Shown one piece after another: positions 29,218-40,251 of a DNA stretch of 64,000 nt. The notes beneath the pieces were generated by a model. That model made no database searches. It was not told the DNA's origin and worked only from the letters and a program-made list of their open reading frames with translations. Position 1 is the stretch's first letter. Each line of letters opens with the position of its first letter. The position numbers and the translations under genes are program-made. Source of the DNA: Paraspadella gotoi (lineage: Eukaryota > Animalia > Chaetognatha); NCBI GenBank assembly GCA_051294375.1, contig CM119265.1, forward strand, positions 7,015,489 to 7,079,488, read 5' to 3'.

Positions 29218-31057
29218 ATGCGAAGCGAGAGACGACGCCGCGGTATCGAGATAGACATGGAAACGGAAGAGGAACCTGTGGAAAACCCCTCGGCGCCGCT
29301 CCTTCAGTCCGACGAGGATGAGGCCAAGGAGTACGAGTCAATTCTAGACTCGATCGGATTTGGCCGATTCCAAATCCTATTGCTCTTCGTCTGCGGTTGG
29401 GCCAACGCCTCCGACGCCGTCGAGATCCTTTGCGTTTCCTTCATTCTGCCTTCGGCCCAATGCGATCTCACTCTCTCTTCCACGGACAAGGGAATTCTCA
29501 CGGCTGTCATTTTCCTCGGCATGATGTTCGGCGGTTATGTTTGGGGAAGTGTGGGAGATTCCATCGGTCGAAAGAAGACTCTTATCACGAGCCTTTTGGT
29601 CAACGCCTTGGGTAATTACTTATTACTTATAATATTGTCTTCCCGAGTTTGGTATTTTCCTCTACTTGTTTTAACACTGGAAAGGCGGCGCCATCTCCGC
29701 GTTTTCTGGCTCGTTTTTACTCTTCACAATCGCTCGTTTTTTGAGCGGGCTTGGCGTGGGAGGAAGCGTTCCTGTCGTGTGGTCCTATTTTGCGGAATTC
29801 CAAGTGGCCAGGAACCGAGGGGCCATGTTGTCTTTGTTGGCTAGTTCCTGGATGGTCGGAAACATACTTACAGGTGTCTAATGTGGTAATGTAATATTTA
29901 CTTTAAAAGTATGCAAGATGTTTTCCGTTTCAGCTTGTTTGGCTTGGCTCATAATACCTCTTCACATTAATCTGGCCTTGGGCTCCTTGGGTTTCGACAG
30001 TTGGCGTCTCTTCGTTCTCGTTTGCATTTTTCCCGCCGTCACGTCTGCTCTCTTCCTCCTCCTTTTTCCTGAGAGTCCCAAGTTTTTGCTGAGCAAGAGA
30101 CGGGGTTCGAAGGCCAAGGCCGTGCTTATCAAAATTTACGCCATGAATCACGGGAATTCCGCGCCGTGTCCCTTCGCCGCCTCACCACTATTTGCCGAGG
30201 GTGAGACAAACCGAGAACTCCCCTTTCCAATATTACATTCCAATTCCATCTTAGTCGACAGAAAGGAAACCTCAGCCGGCCGGAAGGGTGTGAAACAAAC
30301 GTTGATCGATGGACTAGAAAAAACAAGAAAATTGTTTCGAAAGCCTCACCGTTTGAATAACTACCTGATGCTCGTCATTTTCTTCACCATATCCTTTGGT
30401 TACTATGGCATGTGGCTCTGGATGCCCGAGTTGTTCTCCATGGCGTCCGCACAGGGACGCGCCCCTTGCTCCATATATAAGGGCAACGCGTCGGCCACGG
30501 TCTCTCCTCCCCAGAACGATACGAGTCCCTGCACTCCGCCGACGGAGACCTTTGTTGACAGTCTCGTGTCCACCGTGGCGACTCTTCCGGGCAATTTGGT
30601 CACTATTTTTTGCGTGGACCGCGTCGGGAGAAGGCCGCTTCTCATTGCCAGTATGGTTTTGTCAGGTATCTCCTTGCTGTTTGAGATGACCCCCTTTTTT
30701 TTTTTACTACTTTTTTTTCTCTTTCGGGTCTTAGGCATCTCGGTGTTTTTCATGTGGTTGGTGCAGACCAACGCGGAATTGCTGGTTCTTTCCTGTTGCT
30801 TTGGCGGGTTTTCCATCGTGGGCTGGAACGTCCTTGACTGCCTTTCCTGCGAATTATTCCCTACGGAGCTCAGATCGACGGCGATCGGGCTGCAGTTGGG
30901 TCTGGGCCGCGTCGCCGCAATTCTTGGAAATCTGGTCTTCGGCGCGCTTATAACCGTCGACTGTTCTGTGCCCATCCTCTTGGTCGCCGCCTTTATGACA
31001 ATTGGAGGACTCACCGCGCTCAAACTTCCGAAAACTTCCGGAAAAGTTTTGACCTAG
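29218..31057 (+). CDS. SV2/SVOP-like major facilitator superfamily transporter
   Basis: IGFGRFQ, GWANASDAVEILCVSFILP, GDSIGRKK, SWRLF...PESPKFLL, DRVGRR, ELFPTELRSTA. Confidence 0.93.
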
Positions 31058-31451
31058 AAAAAAAATCCGCGCCTGTTTGATATTTCAGAAAAAAATCACA
31101 TTAGTGATCGCTCTTCATTTTTTTTATTTTTTTTATCCTATTGCTAAATGTATCTTGATTTTTATCGAGCCAGGACAGGCTTTTTTATGTAATGTTTTGA
31201 ATGTAATAAATTGAAAGCAATTAAAGTAAAAATTAGTATAATATTCTGTGGAGATTGTTTTTAGAGAAATTAAATTAATATTTATTTGTTAGACATTTTT
31301 AAACACTTAATTGGTATGAATAATGTTACGATAATTTTTTTTATTTTTTTATTACAAATCTCTCCGATTTTATTTCTAATGCCAATGGGGATCGCATGAT
31401 GGTGGTGGCTGGTTGTCATTTTGTTTCTATCGTACTTTTTCTAAGTAAAAG

Positions 31452-32452
31452 ATGTCTGCTCCACCGCGAACTCGAGAAGAAAGTTTCGGTAATTTTAAAA
31501 ATATTTTGTGGAATATCTCCAGTAACTTTACGGTCCTTACAGTGGGATGTTTGTCTAAACTATGGTTGGAAGGCTTGAACACCACCTTCGTCTACAATGA
31601 AGAAAACTGGCTTTCTGCCATAGAAAGCCGAGAATCGGGACGATCACTGCTCACCGTGTGCAATCATACCAGCACCGCAGGTTATTCTCTTGTTTGTAAA
31701 CACGTGGTCCCTTTCGGTCTCATGAGTCTCGATCCCAATGTTCCTCTTCGTCCGATCAGATGATCCGCTTTTGTTTGGCCTTCTCCCTCTTCGCGTCTTG
31801 ATTCGTCCCAGCCTCGTGCGTTGGGGTCTCGGCGCAGCCGACGTTTGCTTCACTAAAACCTTTCACGGGACTTTCTTCGCTCTGGGCAAAGTTATTCCGG
31901 TCATCCGCGGGGCCGGAGTTTATCAGCGGGGCATGGACGCCATGCTGGAGCGGATGAACTTGGGGGATTGGGTCCACGTGTTTCCCGAAGGGAAGGTCAA
32001 CTTGCAACAGGAGTGGATGCGGATCAAGTGGGGCGTTGGAAGACTGGTTGCCGAGTCTGAGCTTCCTCCGTTAGTGCTGCCTTTTTGGCACGAGGGGCTG
32101 CACGAGGTGTTGCCTATGGAGAAGCCGTACAGACCCAGAGTAGGACGGAGGGTCACCGTGGTCTTCGGGGATGTCATCGATACAAGGTAATTTTTGGATT
32201 TTCATTTTTTCGTGATATGACAAATTTTTTTTAAAATCGAAATTCTATGCGGTTAATTTTAGGGTGTTGTTGGAACAGTTGAGATCCCAACATACCAGTC
32301 CCGAGAGCTTGAGAAAAGCTTTGACTGACTATATACAGTCCGAATTAAAAAAAATACGGGAAAAAGCGAGAGCAATGCATTACGTCGCAGATCGTCCCGT
32401 CGCGTCGGCCAAATTAAAAAACAATTTGTATTGCAATTCCGATGTTCTTTAA
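31452..32452 (+). CDS. TAZ: Tafazzin paralog 1 (3 exons)
   Basis: LLTVCNHTSTADDP (HxxxxD), GVYQRGMD, WVHVFPEGKVN, KWGVGRL, VLPFWH. Confidence 0.92.
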
Positions 32453-32576
32453 TGTATTCCTTTATGCATTATTTTGTCTTGCATCAAGACGATACTTATT
32501 AATCACTTGTTTTTTCCTACGATTTACACTATGCCTACTATTTTAATTCTTTTAGTCAGGTTATGCACAAATAGAC

Positions 32577-33747
32577 ATGCCGTTAGACATTCCCTGGCCA
32601 TTTCCCGATCAGTTGTACGGAAATTCGCTCAAAAGTTATTTCTGGAGATGCGGAAGCAACTTGACTCTCTTCGCCGTCGGGTGCCTTTCCAAGTTGTGGA
32701 TTCAAGGCCTCAACTCGACGAACATTCACAATTACGACTCTTGGGTCGAAGTCGTAGAAAATCGACCCAACGGTCGCCCACTGCTGACAGTCTGCAATCA
32801 CACGTGCAACGTCGGTTCGTAATTGTCGGGGTTAAAATTTTCCGATGTTTCTCGTTCAAATACGGCTCTTGCGGCGTTTTCAGACGACCCTCTCCTCTTC
32901 GGCCTCCTTCCCATCCGCCTGGCTTTTCATCCCCGTCTTCTCCGTTGGGGTTTGGGCGCTTCTAATATTTGCTTTACCCGCTCGTCTCACGGCGCCTTCT
33001 GCTCTTTCGGCAAGGTCATCCCCGTCCACCGTGGCGATGGCGTCTACCAGCGCGGCGTCGATATGATGCTGGAGCGACTGGAAGAAGGAGATTGGGGCCA
33101 CGTTTTCCCCGAGGGTAAAGTCAATCTAACTCAGGAATGGATACGCCTTAAATGGGGCGTCGGGCGACTAGTAGCCGAATGCAAGTTTCCGCCGTTGGTT
33201 CTGCCTTTTTGGCACGAAGGATTGTCGGACGTGATGCCGAACAAGAAGCCCTACATTCCTCGGGTCGGCCAAAAAATCACCGTAGTTTTCGGCGACGTCA
33301 TTGACACTCGGTGAATGTGACGTACTTTTGTTTTCGAGTTTGCGACTTTTTTTCGTAGAACCCAATCCTCTCCGATCCAGGGAATTGCTGGAAAAGCTGA
33401 CGTCGACCCACCAAACTGCGGAGAGTTTGCGGAAAGCCGTCACCGACTTTTTGCAAGACGAACTTGCGGTGCTGAGAGACAAAACTAGAGCCTTACATTT
33501 CGGGGAAAGCTACGAATCCTCTGCCCAAAACATCAATAAATCGAATTCGAAGGAAAGTCTAAAGATTATGGAGCAACTTACTGTTACAGCCGGGAATTTT
33601 AATGAATCGAACTATGAAGAGAGACGAAGATTAAGTGAAGAAAATACCGCCCACAATTTTAATGAATCAAACTCCGAAAATAATGGAAAAAAGAATGAAA
33701 ATATTGACTCGGAGAATCGTGAAAAATGCAATAAAAAAAACCAATAG
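32577..33747 (+). CDS. TAZ: Tafazzin paralog 2 (3 exons) with an Asn/Glu-rich C-terminal extension
   Basis: MPLDIPWPFP start, LLTVCNHTCNVDDP, RGDGVYQ, FPEGKVN, RLKWGVGRL; same intron positions as paralog 1. Confidence 0.93.
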
Positions 33748-34241
33748 GCAAGAATCACTTGGGGAATTGAAGGAAAGGCAGTTACACGATGGAGAGAGGG
33801 TTAAAGGTAATTTATTATACTGAATCGACCTAATTTTATTCCTATAAATCGCATGTTAGCCAGGTACTCTGGGAGTGAATAAACAAAACTGTGAGTTAGT
33901 CTTGATAGATAGCTTGCAGGGACCTGCTGTGTCATTATCTTGTAAGAGTGATGGAGGCCATAAACCACCAAAGCCTGTCCAAAGTCAGGGGCATGATAGC
34001 TTATTCAGTAAATGAATGGATAATTTTTATATTGATTGTACCAATTTCATATGCATAATTGCATATTAATAATGAAATTGTTGATGCACACGTTAAGTAT
34101 TTTTTACTCACGATATGTTATTTTTTCTTTGTGATCTCTGCTATTATATATTTTTTTTAGATTTTAGCAATTTTAACGCTACCTCCCGACTATGATTTTT
34201 GTGACGATTCGTTAAATCTTTGTCAGCGAAACTCTTTATAA

Positions 34242-35033
34242 ATGGCTGCCTTTTACGACGGCAACACCGGTGGAGGCGGCGCTTCTTCCGCAGGACCCGC
34301 CGCCAAGTTTCAATACAAGGTGGTCCTCTTGGGGGAAGGCTGCGTCGGTAAAACTTCTCTCGTCGTTCGTTACGTCCAAAACTCCTTCAACGACACGCAC
34401 TTGACCACCCTTCAGGCCTCTTTTCTTAATAAGAAACTGAACATTGCGGGCAAGCGTGTCGAGCTCGCCATCTGGGACACTGCTGGGCAGGAGCGGTTTC
34501 ACGCCCTCGGCCCCATTTACTACCGAGATTCCAATGGAGCCGTTCTAGTCTACGACATCACTGACGAGGATTCCTTTCAAAAAGTCAAGAATTGGGTAAA
34601 AGAGTTGCGGAAAATGCTAGGGCCGGACATCGCGCTCGCCATCGTCGGCAATAAGACGGACCTGGAGAAGGATCGCAATGTTGCCGTCGCCGAAGCCGAA
34701 GAATATTCTAAGGCAGTCGGCGCCGTCCACTACCACACCTCCGCCAAACTCAACAAAGGCATCGAGGAGATGTTCCTTGACCTGAGCAAGAGGATGCTGG
34801 AACAAACACAGCGGACGCAAGCCGGGGGAATTACTGTAGGCAACACACCCGCGGGTGAGGGGAATGAAACATTGCTCAAATTACAAACCGTTGAAATTGT
34901 TGGCTGGTTGGCCGTCGATCAAAACGATGATGACATTTTTTCTACATCAGGTTTCAGCGGACGTCAGTCTCGACGAAACATAATCATCGACGACGATGCC
35001 GTCGGTGGAGAACACAAAAAGTCCTGCTGTTGA
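34242..35033 (+). CDS. RAB21: Ras-related protein Rab-21 (probable intron 34855-34950)
   Basis: KVVLLGEGCVGKTSLV, TTLQASF, WDTAGQERFHALGPIYYRDS, C-terminal CC. Confidence 0.97.
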   Translation: MAAFYDGNTGGGGASSAGPAAKFQYKVVLLGEGCVGKTSLVVRYVQNSFNDTHLTTLQASFLNKKLNIAGKRVELAIWDTAGQERFHALGPIYYRDSNGAVLVYDITDEDSFQKVKNWVKELRKMLGPDIALAIVGNKTDLEKDRNVAVAEAEEYSKAVGAVHYHTSAKLNKGIEEMFLDLSKRMLEQTQRTQAGGITVGNTPAGEGNETLLKLQTVEIVGWLAVDQNDDDIFSTSGFSGRQSRRNIIIDDDAVGGEHKKSCC

Positions 35034-35672
35034 ATGTTGACAGTTTATCTCCTATTTCTCGCCTCCCCCCTCCCCTCACCCCCCTTGTCGTTATCCCGCC
35101 ACACTCTACTTTCAACCGATATGCAGATTTCCAGGGTCAGTTTCTATTCCAGTCACGTTTGTTCACTTGATCGTTTTGAACGAAATCTCCCCCGGTTCGA
35201 TTGTTGCCCGTAATTTCGCCTTAGAAATGCATTTGATTACGCGCTCTTTCTCGTTCTTTTCGCTTGTGAACGTAGAATTCTGTATCGGTCTTTTTTCCAT
35301 CCTCAAGTAAATGTGATACTTGTTTAAAGCAACAAACAATCCGCTTCTTGTACTATTGTAATATTTCTATTTATTGATTTATTTTAAATCTTGCTAGGGT
35401 TTTATTAGAATGGAATAAAGAAGTTTTTTTCACGCTATATTGCACGATTGAGCTTTTTTAATTGGGACGATGGTTGTAATTACTTTTTCTCTTTTTTTTA
35501 ATTTAATTTTCATACAATCGCTAACTAAGGATTTGTCATATCCTATTAGATAATTGCGTATCGAGCTGCATAATCTAAATGGTACAAATGTTGTTACTTT
35601 TTCGCAATTCAAACCGAAAAAATTAATTGTGATTCCAGATTTTTAAACTAGATTTTTAACTCTAGAAAAAAA

Positions 35673-36805
35673 ATGCCACCAAAGGCACAGGCGAAAGGAA
35701 AGGGCAAGGGCAAAGCAAAGGGCGGGAAGAAGGTGGCGCCGCCTCCTATGCCTGTTGTCAAGAAAGTCGAGAAGAAGCCCGTCAATCCTCTTTTCGAGAA
35801 GCGCCCAAAGAATTTCGGCATCGGGCAAGACATCCAGCCCAAGCGCGATCTTACCCGCTTCGTCAGGTGGCCGAAATATGTGCGCCTTCAGCGCCAGAAA
35901 GCCGTGCTGCAGCAGAGGCTGAAGGTCCCGCCGCCCATCAATCAGTTTTCGATGACGCTCGACCGACCCACTGCTGTTCAGGTGCCGAGTGTGGTTGAAC
36001 GGGGTTATGGCTTAAGTTTTAAACATTTCTCCTTCAATGTTGATGATAATTTTTTATCGTGGACTCTGTGATTAAATTACTAAATTACGTTTAATATATC
36101 TTTCGCTCCCCGTAATTTCACAGGTTTTCAAGTTGCTCGACAAATATCGCCCTGAGAGCAAAGCCGCAAAGAAGCAGAGGTTGTTGGCCAAGGCAGAGAA
36201 GAAGGTAGATGGAAAGGACGAGGCCCCTGGAAAGAGGGCTCCGGTCGTCCGCCAGGGGCTCAACACCGTCACGACTCTCGTGGAGAAGAAGAAGGCGCAA
36301 CTGGTGGTGATCGCCCACGACGTCGACCCCATCGAGCTGGTCATGCATCTGCCGGCGCTCTGCCGCAAGATGAACGTCCCTTATTGCATCGTCAAGGGAA
36401 AGGCCCGGCTCGGGCGAGTCGTACGCAGAAAGACCTGCGCCGCCATGGCCATCACCAACATCAATCCGTGAGTAGAATGAGCGGAGTCGTGTCATAATTT
36501 TAATTTTGAGCAATACATTTTTACGTCCCGAGTTTAATAATTAATGGAGTCTGTCTTTTGCCTTCAGTGAGGACAAGAGCGCTTTGTCCAAAGTTGTGGA
36601 AGCAGTCAGGAATAACTTCAACGACCGATTCGATGAGGTTTGTCGAAAAAATAAAAAAAATTGTCTTGGAAAAGAAAATCAAACGAATTATTTCTTCCAG
36701 ATTCGTCGACACTGGGGCGGTGGCGCCATTGGGAACAAATCGCAAGCCCGAATCACCAAGTTGGAGAAAGCAAGAGCCAAAGAATTGGCTCAGAAGATGG
36801 GTTAA
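35673..36805 (+). CDS. RPL7A: 60S ribosomal protein L7a (eL8), 4 exons
   Basis: [56 protein letters not shown]. Confidence 0.99.
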
Positions 36806-36980
36806 TGAAAATTTTCGAGAACCTTGGGTCATTTCTTTTCTAGTTCATTTAGGCCATTTTAAAAATGGAATAACTTTATCGGTGTTTCAAAGTTTTAGTT
36901 GAAATCGCTTCCAAGTTTTACGTTAAAACATTTCTTTCAGCTGATCTAAATTTGACAAAATCAATAAAAGACAATACAAC

Positions 36981-37782
36981 ATGTCCGAAAACATTTTTCT
37001 CTTTTTACCAAACATTATTGGTTACGCAAGAATCATTCTTGCGATCGCATCCTTTTACTACATGCCCTTCGATTACGTAAAGGCGACAATATGTTACGTT
37101 GTTAGGTAAATTTACCCGTAATTGCTATTTGGACTTTACCAAATAACTCGAGATCTTTCAAAATGTTTTTAGTGGCTTTTTGGACTCTTTCGACGGATAC
37201 GCGGCTCGTGCCCTCAATCAATCAACCAAATTTGGCGCCATGCTCGATCAGTTAACTGACCGGGCGGCGTTGATGTGTCTCTTGATGGTCCTTGGACAAA
37301 TTTATCCCAAATACACGCTCCTGTTTCAAGTGCGTAATTGAGATGCGATTTCCAAAAGAGTTTTTTTCATGCCAATCTTGCAAATTATCTCCCGAAACGA
37401 AATCCAGCTCTCTTGTTGCCTGGACATAGTCGCCCATTGGATTCACATTTGGGCGTCAATGATGAAGGGAGCGGACAGCCACAAATCGGTGGACCTTTCG
37501 ACGAACCCCATCCTTCGCATCTATTACACCTCTCGCATTGTCCTTTTCTTCATGTGCGCGGGAAACGAGCTATTTTACAGCATGCTTTATCTGGCTCACT
37601 TTACGTCTGGCCCCACGGTTATGCTGGGAATTGGCCTGTGGAAATTTCTAGCGCTCCTATCCGCTCCCGTCGCCATAGTCAAGTCCATTATTTCGATCGT
37701 TCACTTGTACGCCGCCTGCGTCAACGTCGCGGCCATCGACGTGGCCGAGCGAGCAGCGCAACGGGCAAAGGATGCAAAATGA
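36981..37782 (+). CDS. CDIPT: Phosphatidylinositol synthase, 3 exons
   Basis: MSENIFLFLPNIIGYARI, LDSFDGYAARALNQSTKFGAMLDQLTDR (CDP-alcohol phosphotransferase motif), LDIVAHW, MCAGNELFY. Confidence 0.97.
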
Positions 37783-38241
37783 CAAAAGAGGAATTACCAC
37801 TTTCACCGGATATCTCAAGACTTATCGTTGAAGTCGCACATTCCCGGTCCTCGTCTTCGTGCGAACCCGCGTAGTCATTTGTCACTTGCGTTACCTTATC
37901 ATTTTCCCCCCGCATGGTGATTGTTGTTTTAAATTGTGGTTATTCCATTCATAGAATCAGCATCCTCTTTATTATTGTTTTCCTTTCCTGTAACTTCTAT
38001 TTTTATTATATTTGCTCCACATTTCTCTGACATTTTTCATTAAGTAACATTGTTGAGCGAATGTCGTTACGAAATCCCGAAATTGTCTCTTTCGTTCCTG
38101 ATTTCGACAACAAAAACTAGTTGTCTATTGCGTTTTGTCAAAAAGATTCATATCTTTTCGTCGCCTTACTTATGTTTGCTAACGACAAACTTGTTTACTT
38201 GAAATTATTTATTGTTTTTAGTTTTGTCCTCTCCCCAAGCA

Positions 38242-40032
38242 ATGAAGTTATTAGAGAAGAAAAGAAAGCCGGCTTTTAAAGTCAAAGCAGCCGAGATTAA
38301 GGAGAAAGCGAAAAAATTTGTCGAGGACAAGAAAAACGCTAACAACTTTGTCGACGTTTTAACTTTCGCTAGCGAGGCCTCTTTGACTGAGGACCCCGCC
38401 CTCCTGCAGGCTTGCATCTCGGCCCTGCTAAAGATCCTGACTTCTTGTGCGGATCAGGGTCTGCTCTTGAAGCCCGAAGACAATGGGAAGGCAGTGGACG
38501 ACTCAGTGAGTCCCGAGGTCAAGTTTAAAGCTTGGCTACGCGAACGACGCGACGATGCGACAAAGTTGTTGCTTTCTTATGTGGAAAACGCCGAGCACGC
38601 ATCGACGCGTGAGGCAGCGCTCGTCGCTTACGTCAAGATCATGGTCGCCGAGAATCGACGGCCCGAGAAACGCCGACAGTCGCCCAAGGCCAGACATCTC
38701 ATTTGCGAAAAGACGTTTAACGCGCTCGTCCGGACGATGCTGTCTTCAACCAGGGACGCTTCGCCGGTTGTGCAGCGCTTCCAAGAATTCGTCGAAAAGA
38801 AAGATGTCGTCCATTGTCTCCTGATGACTCTGACCAACGAGATCAAGAAAACCAACGACGCCAATCGCAAGGATGTCTATTGGGGCAATTTTTTCTCGCT
38901 TCTCTCTTCTATCAAATTGCGCGGCGTGGAGGACGACGAAAAAGCGGATGAAAATTCGGAAGAGAGTTGGTTAATTCCGATTTCGGCTGATGTCACTGAG
39001 AAGACGGAAACTCATGTTCCCACCATGGGATCTTTTCCCGAAGATAGTAAACTCTTTACCACAGTCTGGACGGAGTTCCTTCAGTCGCCTCTCCCTTCGG
39101 CCATCTTTAAAAAGTCCCTCGTCATCCTCGCCGACGAAGTCATGCCTCACATGACGTCGCCCTTGGCACTGACCGATCTCCTCGTCAAAGCCTACGATGC
39201 CGGCGGGGTTGTGAGCGTCCTTGCGCTCAACGGCATCTTCATACTGATCCACCGTTACAACCTCGAATATCCAAACTTTTACCGAAAGTTGTACTCGCTT
39301 CTCCGTGACGCCCACATATTCCAAGCAAAATATCGGGCGAGGTTCTTCTTCCTCGTCGACCTTTTCCTCACCTCCACCCACATTCCTGCATACCTCGTCT
39401 GCGCCTTTGTCAAGCGATTGGCGCGGTTGGCGCTGACGGCCCCGCCTGCGGGAATTATTATCGTTCTCAATCTCATACGCAATCTCTTCATCAAGCATCC
39501 AAATTCTCAACTTCTCGTTAATTGGTAAATTCACTTTTCGTGGCTTCTTGAGTTATTTTTAGGTTTAACTTGTCATATTTTTCTACGTAATTTCTTAAAT
39601 TATATTTACAGTCCCGATGGAGCGTCCACGAATTTGGAAGACGATCCTTTCTTGGATGAGGAGCCCGATCCCGCCCTTTGTCAAGCCATGGAAAGTTCTT
39701 TGTGGGAGGTGGAATCGTTGTCTAACCATTACTATGCGCCCGTTGCCAAGTTGGCTAAATCCCTCGTGTGTCAACCTATCACAGGATTGGAACGAGTGAG
39801 TAGTTTTTTTTTAATTTTTGATTTTTTTTTTGTATTATTAATTTTTTCGGCTCCTCAGGAACTCAGCGAATTTTTGGAGCAAACGGAGGACGATTTCTTC
39901 TTGAAAGAAAGCAACGGAAAATTTCACCACGTTCCTGTCAATCACGTGCCTCCTAAAAGTCTCTTCCAATCAGAAGACGCGTCTTTTTCTTTGTGGAAAA
40001 GGGATAGGGTGGAAAACCAAATGGAGATGTGA
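38242..40032 (+). CDS. NOC4L: Nucleolar complex protein 4 homolog (CBF/Mak21 domain); start uncertain
   Basis: GGVVSVLALNGIFILI...NLEYPNFYRKLY, YRARFFFLVDLFLTSTHIPAYLVCAFVKRLARL, AMESSLWE...HY. Confidence 0.95.
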
Positions 40033-40251
40033 TTATTTAACTACTGAAGCTCGTGATAATTTAGGAGTTTGTCTGCGACTTTTGTGACTACCTTTTCGAT
40101 TTTTTTCTCTTTAGTGTCCCGTTGCTTTTTTCTCTCCCATTTTTTTTATAATTTAACGAACCTCCCAGTGACAATCAAACTTGTTACTTGTTAATTTTTT
40201 TGTTAATTGTAGGCCTAAATTATTCAATAATATACGAAAAGCTCTGTAACA

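Noticed and set aside
36045-36075. C/D snoRNA in an RPL7A intron (vertebrate RPL7A hosts snoRNAs)
   Set aside because: TGATGA is present but there is no downstream CTGA or terminal stem
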